Of a DNA stretch of 64,000 nucleotides, positions 38,897 through 49,118 are shown one piece after another. Source of the stretch: Gemmatimonadota bacterium. Its GTDB lineage: Bacteria > Gemmatimonadota > Gemmatimonadetes > Palauibacterales > Palauibacteraceae. How positions within the stretch are numbered: position 1 is the first letter of the stretch; each line of letters opens with the position of its first letter. A model generated the notes under the pieces. It saw only the letters and a program-made list of their open reading frames with translations. It was not told where the DNA came from and did not search any database. The stretch is taken from NCBI GenBank assembly GCA_965116475.1, contig OZ220691.1, forward strand, positions 2,912,001 to 2,976,000, read 5' to 3'. Both the position numbers and the translations under genes were made by a program.

Positions 38897-40189
38897 GTGA
38901 TCCGCGTGATCCGCGTGACCCTCGCAGCGTTGTTCGCCTCGCTCGCCGGCCCGGCCGGGCTTCAGGGTCAGGCCGGAGAACAGGACGACGCGGCCTGTCC
39001 CGCATACGGCGGGCGGTTCGAGTCGCCGATGGAGACGGTGCGATACCTGGCCGATGACGCGCTCGGCGGCCGCTTCTCCGGGAGCTCGGGGGAGCGGTGT
39101 GCGGGCGAGTACATCGCGGCCATGTTCGCCTCGCTCGATGTAGAGCCGGCCGGCGAGGACGGGTACTTCCAGGAACTTCCGCTCGCGAGCGCGGCGCAGC
39201 CGCACGCGCCGCCCGCCCGCGGACGCAACGTCGTCGGGATCCTGCGGGGGAGCGACCCCGAGTTGCGCGAGACGGCCGTCGTGGTGGGCGCGCACTACGA
39301 CCACCTGGGGCTGGGCGAGTTCGGGAGCACCGGGGAGGCGGGCGAGATCCACAACGGTGCGGACGATAACGCCTCGGGCGTGGCCGCGGTCCTCGCGGCG
39401 GCGCGCGCCCTGCGCGGCGGGCCGCGTCCGGCGCGGTCGATCGTGTTCATCGCCTTCACGGGAGAGGAACTCGGGCTGATCGGCTCGGCCTGGTATGCGA
39501 ACCACCCGGCGATTCCGCTGGAGGAGACCGTGGCCATGATCAACCTCGACATGGTGGGGCGGCTCGAGAACGATGAGTTGATCGTGTACGGGATGGGGAC
39601 GGCGCCCGAGTGGGAGGAGATCGTGCCCGCGGCGAACGCGGATCTCGGGATTCCCATCGCGTGGGAGCAGGCCGGTTTCGGACCCAGCGACCATACGTCG
39701 TTCTACGCGAACGACATCCCCGTCCTCCACTTCTTCACGAACGTGCACGCCGACTATCACCGGCACACCGATGACGCGGAGAAGATCGATGCCCCGGGCC
39801 TCGGACGCGTGGCCCGCCTCACGGAGAACGTCGTGCGGACGCTGGCCACCCGGCCGGAGCGCCTGGCCGTCATTCCGGGCGTAGGGGAACGGGAGCAGCG
39901 CGCGAGCGGGTCCGGAGCCTGGCTCGGGACGGTGCCCGACTTCACGCCGGTCGATTTCGGCGTGCTCCTCGCCGGCGTCACGGAGGGGTCACCCGGTGCG
40001 GAGGGCGGCCTCCTGCGCGGCGACATCCTCATCGGCCTCGGAGACCACGAGATCGGCGACCTGCAGGCCTTCACCGACGCCCTCGCCGCGTACAGGCCGG
40101 GCGACGAGGTCGTCCTCCGCTACCTGCGCGACGGCGACGAACGCGAGACGACCGTGCGGCTCGGCGACCGGGCCGACCGGCCCCAATGA
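38897..40189 (+). CDS. M28 family peptidase with C-terminal PDZ domain
   Basis: GAHYDHLG, NGADDNASG, FTGEELGL.GS, NLDMVGR, SDH, HADYH; WLGTVPDF...GSPG..GGL..GD PDZ. Confidence 0.9.
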   Translation: MIRVIRVTLAALFASLAGPAGLQGQAGEQDDAACPAYGGRFESPMETVRYLADDALGGRFSGSSGERCAGEYIAAMFASLDVEPAGEDGYFQELPLASAAQPHAPPARGRNVVGILRGSDPELRETAVVVGAHYDHLGLGEFGSTGEAGEIHNGADDNASGVAAVLAAARALRGGPRPARSIVFIAFTGEELGLIGSAWYANHPAIPLEETVAMINLDMVGRLENDELIVYGMGTAPEWEEIVPAANADLGIPIAWEQAGFGPSDHTSFYANDIPVLHFFTNVHADYHRHTDDAEKIDAPGLGRVARLTENVVRTLATRPERLAVIPGVGEREQRASGSGAWLGTVPDFTPVDFGVLLAGVTEGSPGAEGGLLRGDILIGLGDHEIGDLQAFTDALAAYRPGDEVVLRYLRDGDERETTVRLGDRADRPQ

Positions 40190-40196
40190 AGCCCCA

Positions 40197-41030
40197 ATGA
40201 ACCGGCCTGCGGCGTGCCCCCGCTGCGGGATCCCCGCGTCGGGAAACTTCTGCGCGCAATGCGGGGCCCCGCTCGTCCGGCGCGCGGGGTGTCCGGCCTG
40301 CCAGGCGCCGCTCCGGGCGGACGCCCTCTACTGCACCGCCTGCGGTACGCCCGTGGGCGCTCCGCCGCGGAAGCCGCGCTCGGCCCTGCTCCCCTGGATT
40401 CTCTCCGGCCTCGGGCTGGTGGTCTTCTCGGTGATGATCGCCGTACTCGTCCAGCGCGGAAGCGTGACGCGAATCGGAGACATGACGATGACGGGCGGCC
40501 TTCCGGGCGAGACGACGGGTGCCCCGCCGGTGGCCGGGGCAGCGGAGAACGGTGCCGGGGGCGCCGGAATGCCGAGCATGGAGGAACTCGCGGCCATGGG
40601 CCCGCGCGGCGTCGCCGACCGGCTCTTCGAGCGCGTGATGCGGGAGCACGAGGGGGGCGACTTCGAGCGCGCCGCCTTCTTCATCGACATGGCGCTGCAG
40701 GCGTACGATGCCGTCCCTCCGGAAGAGATCGATGCCGATGCGCGGTTCCACGTCGGCCTCCTCCGTCTCCTCATGGGCGAGTCCCGGCTCGCCCGGGACC
40801 AGGCGGATGATATCCTCGCCGCGCATCCGGACCACCTGCTCGGGCTCCTGCTCGCCGCGCGGGCGGCCGACTTCGAGGAGGACGCGGACGGGGCGGAGGC
40901 GTTCCGAGCCCGAATCCGCGAGCGGGTGGAGGCGGCCGGGGGGATCCCTGACCTCCCCGAATACCAGGCCCACCGGACGCTGATCGAGAACGTGCTGCAG
41001 ACGGACGGCGGAGCGGGAGGGGGCGCGTGA
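40197..41030 (+). CDS. Double zinc-ribbon membrane protein with TPR-like C-terminus
   Basis: CPRCG, FCAQCG, CPAC, YCTACG; TM; helical C-terminus. Confidence 0.75.
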   Translation: MNRPAACPRCGIPASGNFCAQCGAPLVRRAGCPACQAPLRADALYCTACGTPVGAPPRKPRSALLPWILSGLGLVVFSVMIAVLVQRGSVTRIGDMTMTGGLPGETTGAPPVAGAAENGAGGAGMPSMEELAAMGPRGVADRLFERVMREHEGGDFERAAFFIDMALQAYDAVPPEEIDADARFHVGLLRLLMGESRLARDQADDILAAHPDHLLGLLLAARAADFEEDADGAEAFRARIRERVEAAGGIPDLPEYQAHRTLIENVLQTDGGAGGGA

Positions 41031-42220
41031 CCGGCTCCGGCGCGACCGGAAGTGCGACCGGAAGCACGCCCGCGCAGGCCGTCGGCCGGCGGATGGCCGA
41101 CCTGCGCGACGAGTTCGTCGACTTCATCTCCCAACTCGTGCTCGAGGAATCCCCGTCCACCGACCCCGAGGCCCAGCGCGGCATCCGCGCGATCCTGACC
41201 GAGACGCTGAGCGACCTCGGGTTGGACGTGGATCACATCCCGGGACAGGCGAGCGGGGGTCACCTGCTGGCCCGGGGCGCCGAGGCGGTGGACGGCGGGT
41301 CGGCGGCGACCGGGGCACAGCTTCTCGTGGGCCACATGGACACGGTGTGGCCCATCGGCACGCTGCGGGAAATGCCGGTGCGCGTGTCCGACGGGCGTCT
41401 TTCGGGCCCGGGCGCCTTCGACATGAAGACGGGACTGGCGATCGGCGTGTTCGCGCTGCGGGCGCTGCGGGATCTCGGGCTGGACGCGGGCGTCTCACCC
41501 GTCTTCTTCATCAACTCGGACGAGGAGATCGGGAGCCCCGAATCCGAGCCGCTGATCCGCGATCTGGCGCGCGGTGCGTCCCGGGCCTTCGTCCTCGAGC
41601 CCGCGCTGGGCGCCGGCGGCCGGCTCAAGACGCGGCGCAAGGGGATCGGCCAGTACCACGTCGAGGTCGCGGGGCGGAGTTCGCACGCGGGACTGGCCCC
41701 GGAAGAGGGGGCGTCGGCGATCCTCGAACTCGCGCACGCGATCCGGCAGATCGACCGCCTGGCGGACCCCGGAACCGGGACGACGATGAACGTGGGGCTC
41801 ATGGAGGGCGGCTCCCGCCCCAACGTGGTCGCCGCGAGCGCGAGCTGCGAGGTGGACGTGCGCGTGTGGACGGCTGCGGAGGCCGACCGCATCCGCGAGG
41901 GGATGTTCGGACTGGAATCCACCGTGCCGGGGACGCGGATCCAGGTCACGGAGGTCGCGAGACGCGGGCCGCTGGAGCGCACGCCGCGCAACGTCGCGCT
42001 CTGGGAGCGGGCGCTCCGGGTCGCGGACGAGATTGGCCTCGAACTGGAGGAGGGATCGGCGGGCGGCGGCTCGGACGGTAACTTGACGAGCCAGTACACG
42101 GCGACGCTCGACGGGCTGGGGGCGGTCGGCGACGGCGCCCACGCCCGGCACGAGTTCGTGTGGATCGACCGGGCCGTGGAGCGCGTCGCATTGCTGGCGG
42201 GGCTGATCGCCGCACCGTAA
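41027..42220 (+). CDS. M20 family metallopeptidase (glutamate carboxypeptidase-like)
   Basis: GHMDTVW, GPGAFDMK, SDEEIGS, GRSSHAG..PE.G, GGGSDGN, LDGLG..GDGAHA. Confidence 0.9.
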   Translation: MTGSGATGSATGSTPAQAVGRRMADLRDEFVDFISQLVLEESPSTDPEAQRGIRAILTETLSDLGLDVDHIPGQASGGHLLARGAEAVDGGSAATGAQLLVGHMDTVWPIGTLREMPVRVSDGRLSGPGAFDMKTGLAIGVFALRALRDLGLDAGVSPVFFINSDEEIGSPESEPLIRDLARGASRAFVLEPALGAGGRLKTRRKGIGQYHVEVAGRSSHAGLAPEEGASAILELAHAIRQIDRLADPGTGTTMNVGLMEGGSRPNVVAASASCEVDVRVWTAAEADRIREGMFGLESTVPGTRIQVTEVARRGPLERTPRNVALWERALRVADEIGLELEEGSAGGGSDGNLTSQYTATLDGLGAVGDGAHARHEFVWIDRAVERVALLAGLIAAP

Positions 42221-42265
42221 CGGCGGACGACCCGCCGCAGGGCTTCGAGAGGCGGCTTCGACGAG

Positions 42266-43708
42266 ATGTTCTTTCGACAGGTTTTCGACGACACGCTCGC
42301 GCAGTACGCGTACCTCATCGGCTGCCAGCGTACCGGGGACGCGATCCTCTTCGATCCGCAGCGCGACATCGACCGCTACGTGGAACTGGCGGCGAGCGAA
42401 GACCTGCGGATCGTCGCCGTGGCCGAGACGCACATTCACGCCGATTTCCTCTCCGGCGCGAGAGAGTTCGCCGAACGCTTCGGGACGCGCCTCTACCTGT
42501 CCGATGAGGGCGGCCCGGACTGGCGGTACGAGTGGGCCCGCGACGGAGGCTACGACTTCGTACCGCTCCGGGACGGCGCCCGCTTCGAAACCGGCGAGAT
42601 CGCCTTCCAGGCGCTGCATACGCCGGGGCACACGCCCGAGCACATGTCGTTCCTCGTCACGGACCGTGGCGCGGGAGCGGACGAGCCCATGGGCCTCCTC
42701 TCGGGGGACTTCGTCTTCGTGGGCGACCTCGGCCGGCCCGACCTGCTCGAGACGGCGGCGCGGGTCGCCGGCGCGATGACGCCCGCGGCGCGCCGGCTGT
42801 ACGGCTCGGTGCGGAGCTTCCTCGACCTGCCCGACTACCTGCAGGTGTGGCCGGCCCACGGCGCCGGTTCCTCGTGCGGAAAGGCGCTCGGGGCCGTGCC
42901 GGAGACGACCGTGGGGTACGAGCGGCGCTTCAGCCCGGCGATCGCCGCCGCGCTGAAGGGGGAGGATGCCTTCGTCTCCCACATCCTCGAGGGACAGCCC
43001 GAGCCGCCGATGTACTTCGCCCGCATGAAGCGGGACAACCGCGATGGCGCCCCGGTTCTGGGCGGCCTCCCGCGCCCGCGCCGCGTCTCGCCGCGCGAGG
43101 CGGCCTCTCGCGCCCTGGCCGGTGCGAGCGCCGGGGATGTCGTGATCGACACGCGGCCGGACCGGTCGGCGTTCATGGCTCGGCACCTGCCGGGGTCGGT
43201 CTACGTTCCCCTCACGAAGTCGTTCTGCACCGCCGCGGGCTCCGTCCTGCCGGAGGGCGCGGCGGTCACGCTCGTCATCGACGAGACGGATCTCGAGTGG
43301 GCGGTGCGGCGCCTGGTGCGGATCGGGTTCGACGACGTGACGGGCTTCGTGGAGCACGGAGCGCTCGACCGATACTTTGACGAGGGTGGGGAGGCGGCCT
43401 CGATCCCGGAGATCGACCTTCAGGCCGCGAGCCGGCTGTCGACGAGTGGGCGGGGCGAGGTGCTCGATGTGAGGTACGCTGCGGAGTACGCGGCGTCGCA
43501 CCTTCCCGGAGCGGTCAACGCCTCCTACACGCGGCTGCCCGACTACGCGGACCGGCTGCCGCCGAACGGCTCGCTGCTCGTACATTGCCTGAGCGGCGCG
43601 CGGGCCGCGGTGGCCGCGAGCTACCTGGCCCGCGAGGGGCGCGACGTGCACTACATCAACGACCTGTTCACCGCGTACGCGGGATCGCTGGAAACCGGAG
43701 GACCCTAG
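42266..43708 (+). CDS. MBL-fold hydrolase with two rhodanese domains (persulfide dioxygenase-sulfurtransferase-like)
   Basis: ETHIHADFLSG, HTPGHTPEH, GDLGRPDL, WPAHGAGSSCG, HCLSGARA. Confidence 0.9.
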   Translation: MFFRQVFDDTLAQYAYLIGCQRTGDAILFDPQRDIDRYVELAASEDLRIVAVAETHIHADFLSGAREFAERFGTRLYLSDEGGPDWRYEWARDGGYDFVPLRDGARFETGEIAFQALHTPGHTPEHMSFLVTDRGAGADEPMGLLSGDFVFVGDLGRPDLLETAARVAGAMTPAARRLYGSVRSFLDLPDYLQVWPAHGAGSSCGKALGAVPETTVGYERRFSPAIAAALKGEDAFVSHILEGQPEPPMYFARMKRDNRDGAPVLGGLPRPRRVSPREAASRALAGASAGDVVIDTRPDRSAFMARHLPGSVYVPLTKSFCTAAGSVLPEGAAVTLVIDETDLEWAVRRLVRIGFDDVTGFVEHGALDRYFDEGGEAASIPEIDLQAASRLSTSGRGEVLDVRYAAEYAASHLPGAVNASYTRLPDYADRLPPNGSLLVHCLSGARAAVAASYLAREGRDVHYINDLFTAYAGSLETGGP

Positions 43709-43710
43709 GC

Positions 43711-46068
43711 ATGGTTACACGCACAGAGATTCGACTGGAGATCCGACCGCTTGCGGCCGCCTGCGCCGTTGTCGCGGCCTTCGCCGCCCTGACCTGGGCT
43801 GCCGCTCCCGCGCCGCTGGCCGCGCAGGGGTTCGGCACTTCGGTCGTCGTCGTCGAGGACGCGGTGCTGGTGGGGGAGCCCACCTCCGAGCGGGAGCCCG
43901 GAAGCGTGCGCGTCTTCCGCGCCGGCGACTGGACGGAGGCCCAGGCGCTGTACGCCCCGGAGGCCGCCGTGCGAGACCGCTTCGGGGTCGCGTTGGCGGC
44001 CGTGGGTTCCCGACTTTTCGTGGGCGCCCCGGGCGCGGGCGCCGTTCACGTGTACGAGCGGGGTACGGAATGGCTGCACGCGAGAGAAGTCCTTTCTCCG
44101 GGCCTGGAGGAGTTCGGGCACTCGCTGGCCGCCGGGGACGAGCACCTTCTCGTGGCGGGTCGGGACGGTTCCAACGGACAGAACGTTGTCGTCGCCTACC
44201 GGCGCGCGGTCGGCGGCGGATGGGAGGAGGATGTCCGGCTCTCGGCGGACCCCGGCCAAACAGGATTCGGGGCCTCCATCGCGCTGGCGGGCGACCTCGC
44301 CCTGATCGGCGCGCCGCTCGCCGACGAGGCTCGGGGTGCGGCGTACCTGTTTCGCTTCGACGCGGCGGCAGGCTGGCAGCGCGTAGCCCACCTGGTCGGC
44401 GATGGCGGTGAGACCGGGCGCGCCCTCGGATCGGCCGTGGCGTTCGCGGGCGACGAAGCACTCGTCGGGGCGGCCGGAGAGGACGAGGGGTTGGGCGCCG
44501 TCCACCGATTCGCAAGGAACGCCGATGGCGAATGGCAGCGCGTGGGGACGATCGGGCCGGACAACCAGCCTCCCACCGCCTTCGGCGCCGCGCTCGCCGT
44601 GGACGGCGATGTCGCCTGGGTCGGCGCCCCGGCGGCCGCCTACGGCCAAGGTCTCGTGTACCGCCTCGACCGCGTTGGGGACGGCTGGACTGTCGATCAC
44701 GGGTGGGAGATGCCGGGCCGGGAACCTGCCCCGGCGGGCCGAGTGGTTGCGGTGGGTGGCGGACACGTCGTGGCGGGTCTCCCCACCGACGACTTCGGGG
44801 CCGGATCCGTCATCGTCCGCGCGGCCGATGCCGATGAAACCGAGATCGTCCGGCTCGTGAGCGAACAGGTCGGGCTCTCCTCGATCTCGGGCGGCCAGAT
44901 CGACTGCGAGGAGGGGCTCGCCGAGGGCTTCGACTGCGACCGTGTGGACCTCCTCTCCTTCATCCCGCGGGAAGAGCTCGGCGCCCCCCGCGGCGTCCGC
45001 CTCAACGACGTGTGGGGCTGGACCGATCCGTTGACGGGAAGCGAATACGCGCTCGTGGGCCGCATGGACGGCATCGCGTTCGTCGACGTGACGGATGCGT
45101 TCAACCCGCGGTATCTCGGCAACTTCGCCAAGACGCCCGGCAGCCGGTCGAACACGTGGCGCGACATGAAGGTGTACCGGGACCACATGTTCGTCGTCGC
45201 CGACGGGGCGGGGCAGCACGGGATGCAGGTCTTCGACCTCACCCAGCTGCGCGACGTCACGGAGCCCCGGGAGTGGGAGCCCACGGCGCTGTATGAAGAC
45301 GTCGCCTCGGTCCACAACGTCGCGATCAACGAGGAGACGGGCTTCGCGTACCTGGTGGGCGCCTCCGGAGGCGGCGAGACGTGCGGCGGCGGTTCGCACA
45401 TCGTCGACATCAACGACCCGCTCAATCCCGTGTTCGTCGGCTGTTTCGCCCATCCGAACACCGGGCGCCGCAACACCGGGAACTCGCACGACACGCAGTG
45501 CGTGATCTACCATGGCCCCGACGAGGACTACGCGGGCCGCGAGATCTGCGTGAACGCGAACGAGACGGCGATTTCGATCGCGGACGTGACGGACAAGTCG
45601 AACCCGGTCGCCGTGGCGCGCGCCGAGTACCCGAACGTGGCCTACGCGCACCAGGGCTGGCTCACGGAAGACCACGCGTACTTCTATTCCAACGACGAAC
45701 TCGACGAAGTGAGCGGGCAGGTGGACGCGACGCGGACCCTCGTGTGGGATCTGCGGGACCTCGACGATCCACTCCTCGTCCGGGAGTACTACAGCGAGAC
45801 GAAGGTCACGGACCACAACCTCTACGTCCGCGGCGACCGCCTCTACATGTCGAACAACCGCGCCGGGCTGCGCGTGCTCGACATCAGCGACCCGGAGAAC
45901 CCGACGGAGGCGGGGAGCTTCGATACCACGCCCTGGGGCGAGGACGCGGCGGGCTTCGACGGCACGTGGAGCGTCTACCCGTACTTCGAAAGCGGGACGA
46001 TCCTCCTCTCGAGCCGCCGCGAGGGTCTGTTTCTCGTGAAGGCGCGGGACGAGCGACTTGTTCCCTGA
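43711..46068 (+). CDS. Choice-of-anchor B family protein with FG-GAP-like repeats
   Basis: FG.AL/VGAP repeats; NDVWGWTDP, WRDMKV, HGMQVFDL, HDTQC, YAHQGW, WSVYPYFESG. Confidence 0.85.
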   Translation: MVTRTEIRLEIRPLAAACAVVAAFAALTWAAAPAPLAAQGFGTSVVVVEDAVLVGEPTSEREPGSVRVFRAGDWTEAQALYAPEAAVRDRFGVALAAVGSRLFVGAPGAGAVHVYERGTEWLHAREVLSPGLEEFGHSLAAGDEHLLVAGRDGSNGQNVVVAYRRAVGGGWEEDVRLSADPGQTGFGASIALAGDLALIGAPLADEARGAAYLFRFDAAAGWQRVAHLVGDGGETGRALGSAVAFAGDEALVGAAGEDEGLGAVHRFARNADGEWQRVGTIGPDNQPPTAFGAALAVDGDVAWVGAPAAAYGQGLVYRLDRVGDGWTVDHGWEMPGREPAPAGRVVAVGGGHVVAGLPTDDFGAGSVIVRAADADETEIVRLVSEQVGLSSISGGQIDCEEGLAEGFDCDRVDLLSFIPREELGAPRGVRLNDVWGWTDPLTGSEYALVGRMDGIAFVDVTDAFNPRYLGNFAKTPGSRSNTWRDMKVYRDHMFVVADGAGQHGMQVFDLTQLRDVTEPREWEPTALYEDVASVHNVAINEETGFAYLVGASGGGETCGGGSHIVDINDPLNPVFVGCFAHPNTGRRNTGNSHDTQCVIYHGPDEDYAGREICVNANETAISIADVTDKSNPVAVARAEYPNVAYAHQGWLTEDHAYFYSNDELDEVSGQVDATRTLVWDLRDLDDPLLVREYYSETKVTDHNLYVRGDRLYMSNNRAGLRVLDISDPENPTEAGSFDTTPWGEDAAGFDGTWSVYPYFESGTILLSSRREGLFLVKARDERLVP

Positions 46069-46071
46069 CCC

Positions 46072-47751
46072 ATGTGTTCCGTCCTCGGCATCTTCGAGAT
46101 CGAGCCCGGCGCGGCGGGCCTCCGCCGCCGGGCGCTCGACCTGTCGCGGCGCCAGCGGCACCGCGGGCCGGACTGGAGCGGCGTCTACGCGGGCGAGCGG
46201 GCCATCCTCGCCCACGAGCGGCTCTCCATCGTCGACGTGGAGAGCGGGGCGCAGCCCCTGTTCGGTCCCGACCGCACGACGGTGCTCGCGGTCAACGGGG
46301 AGATCTACAACCACACGGAGCTGGAGCGCGGCGCCGCGCGCGGCTATCCGTTCCGGACGCGCTCCGACTGCGAGGTCATCCTCGCGCTGTACGACGGGCG
46401 GCCCGACGACCCCGCGGAGTGGCTCAACGAGCTGAGCGGGATCTTCGCCTTCGCCCTCTACGACGAGACGCGCGACCGCTACCTGATCGCGCGCGATCCC
46501 ATCGGCGTCATGCCGCTCTACACGGGGCGGGACGCGGAGGGGCGCTTCTACGTGGCCTCCGAGATGAAGGCGCTCATCGACACCTGTCCCGAGATCCACG
46601 ACTTCCCGCCGGGACACATGCTCGACAGCGGCGAGGGCGATGGCCGGCCGGTGCCGTACTACCGCCCGGGGTGGCGTGAGTACGACGCGGCGGCGGGCGG
46701 ACCGACGGATCCCGCGCGGGTGCGCGACGCGCTGGAGGAGGCGGTGCATCGGCAGCTGATGTCGGACGTGCCGTACGGCGTACTCCTCTCGGGCGGCCTC
46801 GACTCGTCGATCATCTCGGCGCTGGCCATGAAGTTCTCGCGCCGTCGCGTCGAGTCGGACGACAAGGAGGAGGCGTGGTGGCCCCGGCTCCATTCGTTCG
46901 CCATCGGACTCGACGGCGCTCCGGACCTGGAGGCGGCCCGCGCCGCGGCCGACGCGATCGGCACCGTGCATCACGAGATCGTCTACACGCTCCAGGAGGG
47001 ACTCGACGCGATCTCCGACGTCATCCGGCACCTCGAGACGTTCGACGTGACGACGGTGCGGGCGTCCACCCCGATGTACCTCATGGCCCGCCGCATAAAG
47101 GCGACGGGGATCAAGATGGTGCTCTCGGGCGAGGGCGCGGATGAGGTCTTCGGGGGCTACCTCTACTTCCACAAGGCCCCCGACGCGCGGGCGTTCCACG
47201 ATGAGACCGTCCGCAAGCTCGACCAGCTCCACAAGTACGACTGCCTGCGCGCGAACAAGTCGATGGCGGCGTGGGGGGTGGAGGCGCGCGTCCCCTTCCT
47301 CGACCGCGAGTTCCTCGACGTCGCCATGGCCCTCGACCCGGAGTCGAAACGGCCCACGGACGGCCGCATGGAGAAGCACATCCTGCGCGAGGCGTTCGAG
47401 GGACTCCTCCCGGACGAGATCCTGTGGCGCCAGAAGGAACAGTTCTCCGACGGAGTGGGCTACTCCTGGATCGACAGCCTGAAGGAGATGGCCGAGGGCG
47501 AGATCGGCGACGGACAACTCGCCAGGGCGGCCGCGCGCTTCCCCACCAACACGCCGCTCACGAAGGAAGCGTATCTCTACCGCTCGATCTTCGCGTCGCA
47601 CTTCCCCGGAGAGCCGGCCGTCCGCTGCGTCCCGGAGGGCCCGAGCATCGCGTGCAGCACGCCGGCGGCCATCGCCTGGGATCCCGCCTTCGCCGGCATG
47701 GCCGACCCCTCGGGCCGCGCCGTGCAGGGCGTGCACGCCCACAGCTATTGA
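46072..47751 (+). CDS. asnB: Asparagine synthetase B (glutamine-hydrolysing)
   Basis: N-terminal MC, RHRGPDWSG, HERLSIVD, NGEIYNH, LSGGLDSS, SGEGADE, RQKEQFSDGVG, DPSGRAV. Confidence 0.97.
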   Translation: MCSVLGIFEIEPGAAGLRRRALDLSRRQRHRGPDWSGVYAGERAILAHERLSIVDVESGAQPLFGPDRTTVLAVNGEIYNHTELERGAARGYPFRTRSDCEVILALYDGRPDDPAEWLNELSGIFAFALYDETRDRYLIARDPIGVMPLYTGRDAEGRFYVASEMKALIDTCPEIHDFPPGHMLDSGEGDGRPVPYYRPGWREYDAAAGGPTDPARVRDALEEAVHRQLMSDVPYGVLLSGGLDSSIISALAMKFSRRRVESDDKEEAWWPRLHSFAIGLDGAPDLEAARAAADAIGTVHHEIVYTLQEGLDAISDVIRHLETFDVTTVRASTPMYLMARRIKATGIKMVLSGEGADEVFGGYLYFHKAPDARAFHDETVRKLDQLHKYDCLRANKSMAAWGVEARVPFLDREFLDVAMALDPESKRPTDGRMEKHILREAFEGLLPDEILWRQKEQFSDGVGYSWIDSLKEMAEGEIGDGQLARAAARFPTNTPLTKEAYLYRSIFASHFPGEPAVRCVPEGPSIACSTPAAIAWDPAFAGMADPSGRAVQGVHAHSY

Positions 47752-47793
47752 CACGCTAACGCCCAGATCGCTCAGAGGGCTGACTTCAGCGCT

Positions 47794-48828
47794 TCAGAGT
47801 CCGTCTCCACGCGGAAGGTCGTACCAATAAAGGGTGTTGACGCCCAGGCCCGAGGTGTCCGGTTCGATCCCCAGCAGGCGATCGCCCTTGACCATTAAGT
47901 CCCGCGCCGGTGCTCTCAGCACCACGGTCTCAACGAAGGACGGTTCGTGGCCGAGCCGAAAGAGATCCACATACACGTGCTTGGCCTCTCGAAGGTGTGG
48001 TAGCCAAAGCCGACCGACAGCGTCGATGCCTCCCCACCCGTACCATGGAAGCGCCTGACTGCGCAGATCTTCGATCGACAGTCCCGCTGTCCAGCCACCT
48101 TCCCGCGCGCGCCGCGCCTGATTATCGCGGCGTCTTTGAACCACGGATTCCTCCGGCAAGCGCTCTTCGTAGGTTGGAGATGAAAGCACGGTTACTCGCC
48201 CCTCAAGCCCATCCGGATACCACAACAGGTATTCCCCGAAACAGGTAAAATAGAGAACGCCGGCTGCCACCAAGTGAGCGCTTTGTACTTTCACCTGCCC
48301 GTACCCCGGCGAGGTCCGACACCTCACGTCGGCTCCGTCCGGCCGTCCCCGCCAGAGCACCTCGCCGGTCCCGAGATGAATCTCCGCATCGGAACCTGGC
48401 TCCATCGCCAACGCCGTACTGTCTCCGCCACCGACAAGCAGGGTCCACCTCTGCGACGACGGCATGGATTCAACGAAAGTTCCCTCGGCGGTGAATCTCG
48501 AAAACCGCTGTAGGTGAGCGTCATAAAGGACAAGATCCCCATTCGACGTGGGCACGAGCCCCATGGGCGATTCCATCTCGCCTGGGCCCTCACCTCTTGT
48601 GCCGAACGACCAGCGGTTTCCGTGAATGTCTCCACAGTTGACCCGATAAAGAAAAGGATCCACCGCGCATACTGTATCGGGCGAAGGCAGGGACAGCCCC
48701 AGCAGAGTCCCGTCGAACCGGGTCGTCGCCACCGGCTCAATCTCCATCAGGTTAGCCGGCCCCGCCTGCTCTTCGCCGTCACAACCCAGAAGCAGGCCCG
48801 CCCCCAACAGAGCTACTGAAGTCCGCAC
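47794..48828 (-). CDS. Lipoprotein, probable 6-bladed beta-propeller
   Basis: Lipobox LLLGC; FGTRGEGPGEM..P, YD...R.SRF...G.F, ID..GRLW motifs; lower GC than flanks. Confidence 0.7.
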   Translation of the reverse strand: MRTSVALLGAGLLLGCDGEEQAGPANLMEIEPVATTRFDGTLLGLSLPSPDTVCAVDPFLYRVNCGDIHGNRWSFGTRGEGPGEMESPMGLVPTSNGDLVLYDAHLQRFSRFTAEGTFVESMPSSQRWTLLVGGGDSTALAMEPGSDAEIHLGTGEVLWRGRPDGADVRCRTSPGYGQVKVQSAHLVAAGVLYFTCFGEYLLWYPDGLEGRVTVLSSPTYEERLPEESVVQRRRDNQARRAREGGWTAGLSIEDLRSQALPWYGWGGIDAVGRLWLPHLREAKHVYVDLFRLGHEPSFVETVVLRAPARDLMVKGDRLLGIEPDTSGLGVNTLYWYDLPRGDGL

Positions 48829-49067
48829 TCGTCATCCATGCAGGCCCAGAACACCCGGCTGCCCGCCGACGTAGCCATAATCTCGATCGCCTCGTCGGTG
48901 AGACGATTGCCGATCGCCTCCAGCCGCTCTCGAGTGGCGTTGTACTCATCCATTCCCTGGTCGTGGCAGCCCTGCGTGCAGAGGTCTGGAGCCACCTGCC
49001 CGCTCAAGGAAAGGCTCGTCGCGAACAGCAGCGTCAGCGTCGTTGCAATCCGTCGGATCGAACGCAT
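48813..49067 (-). CDS. Small secreted peptide with CX3C...CX4C
   Basis: GGAGG RBS; signal peptide MRSIRRIATTLTLLFATSLSLSG; mature part CTQGC...CMDDEC; overlaps the lipoprotein start. Confidence 0.65.
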   Translation of the reverse strand: MRSIRRIATTLTLLFATSLSLSGQVAPDLCTQGCHDQGMDEYNATRERLEAIGNRLTDEAIEIMATSAGSRVFWACMDDECGLQ

Positions 49068-49118
49068 GATTCCTCCACCTTCCATAGGATTAGTAAGAAT
49101 CCGTATCGTGATTGCGAT

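Noticed and set aside
42266..43708. Sulfur-detoxification operon linking the MBL-rhodanese with TauE
   Set aside because: The genes are about 19 kb apart in unrelated operons; no sqr or regulator adjacent.
43705..47754. Very long antisense and alternate-frame ORFs (e.g. 1349 aa here; also 18521-21829, 10816-13740, 35771-38236)
   Set aside because: Shadow ORFs of high-GC coding strands; no recognisable motifs, and the opposite frames carry clear protein families.
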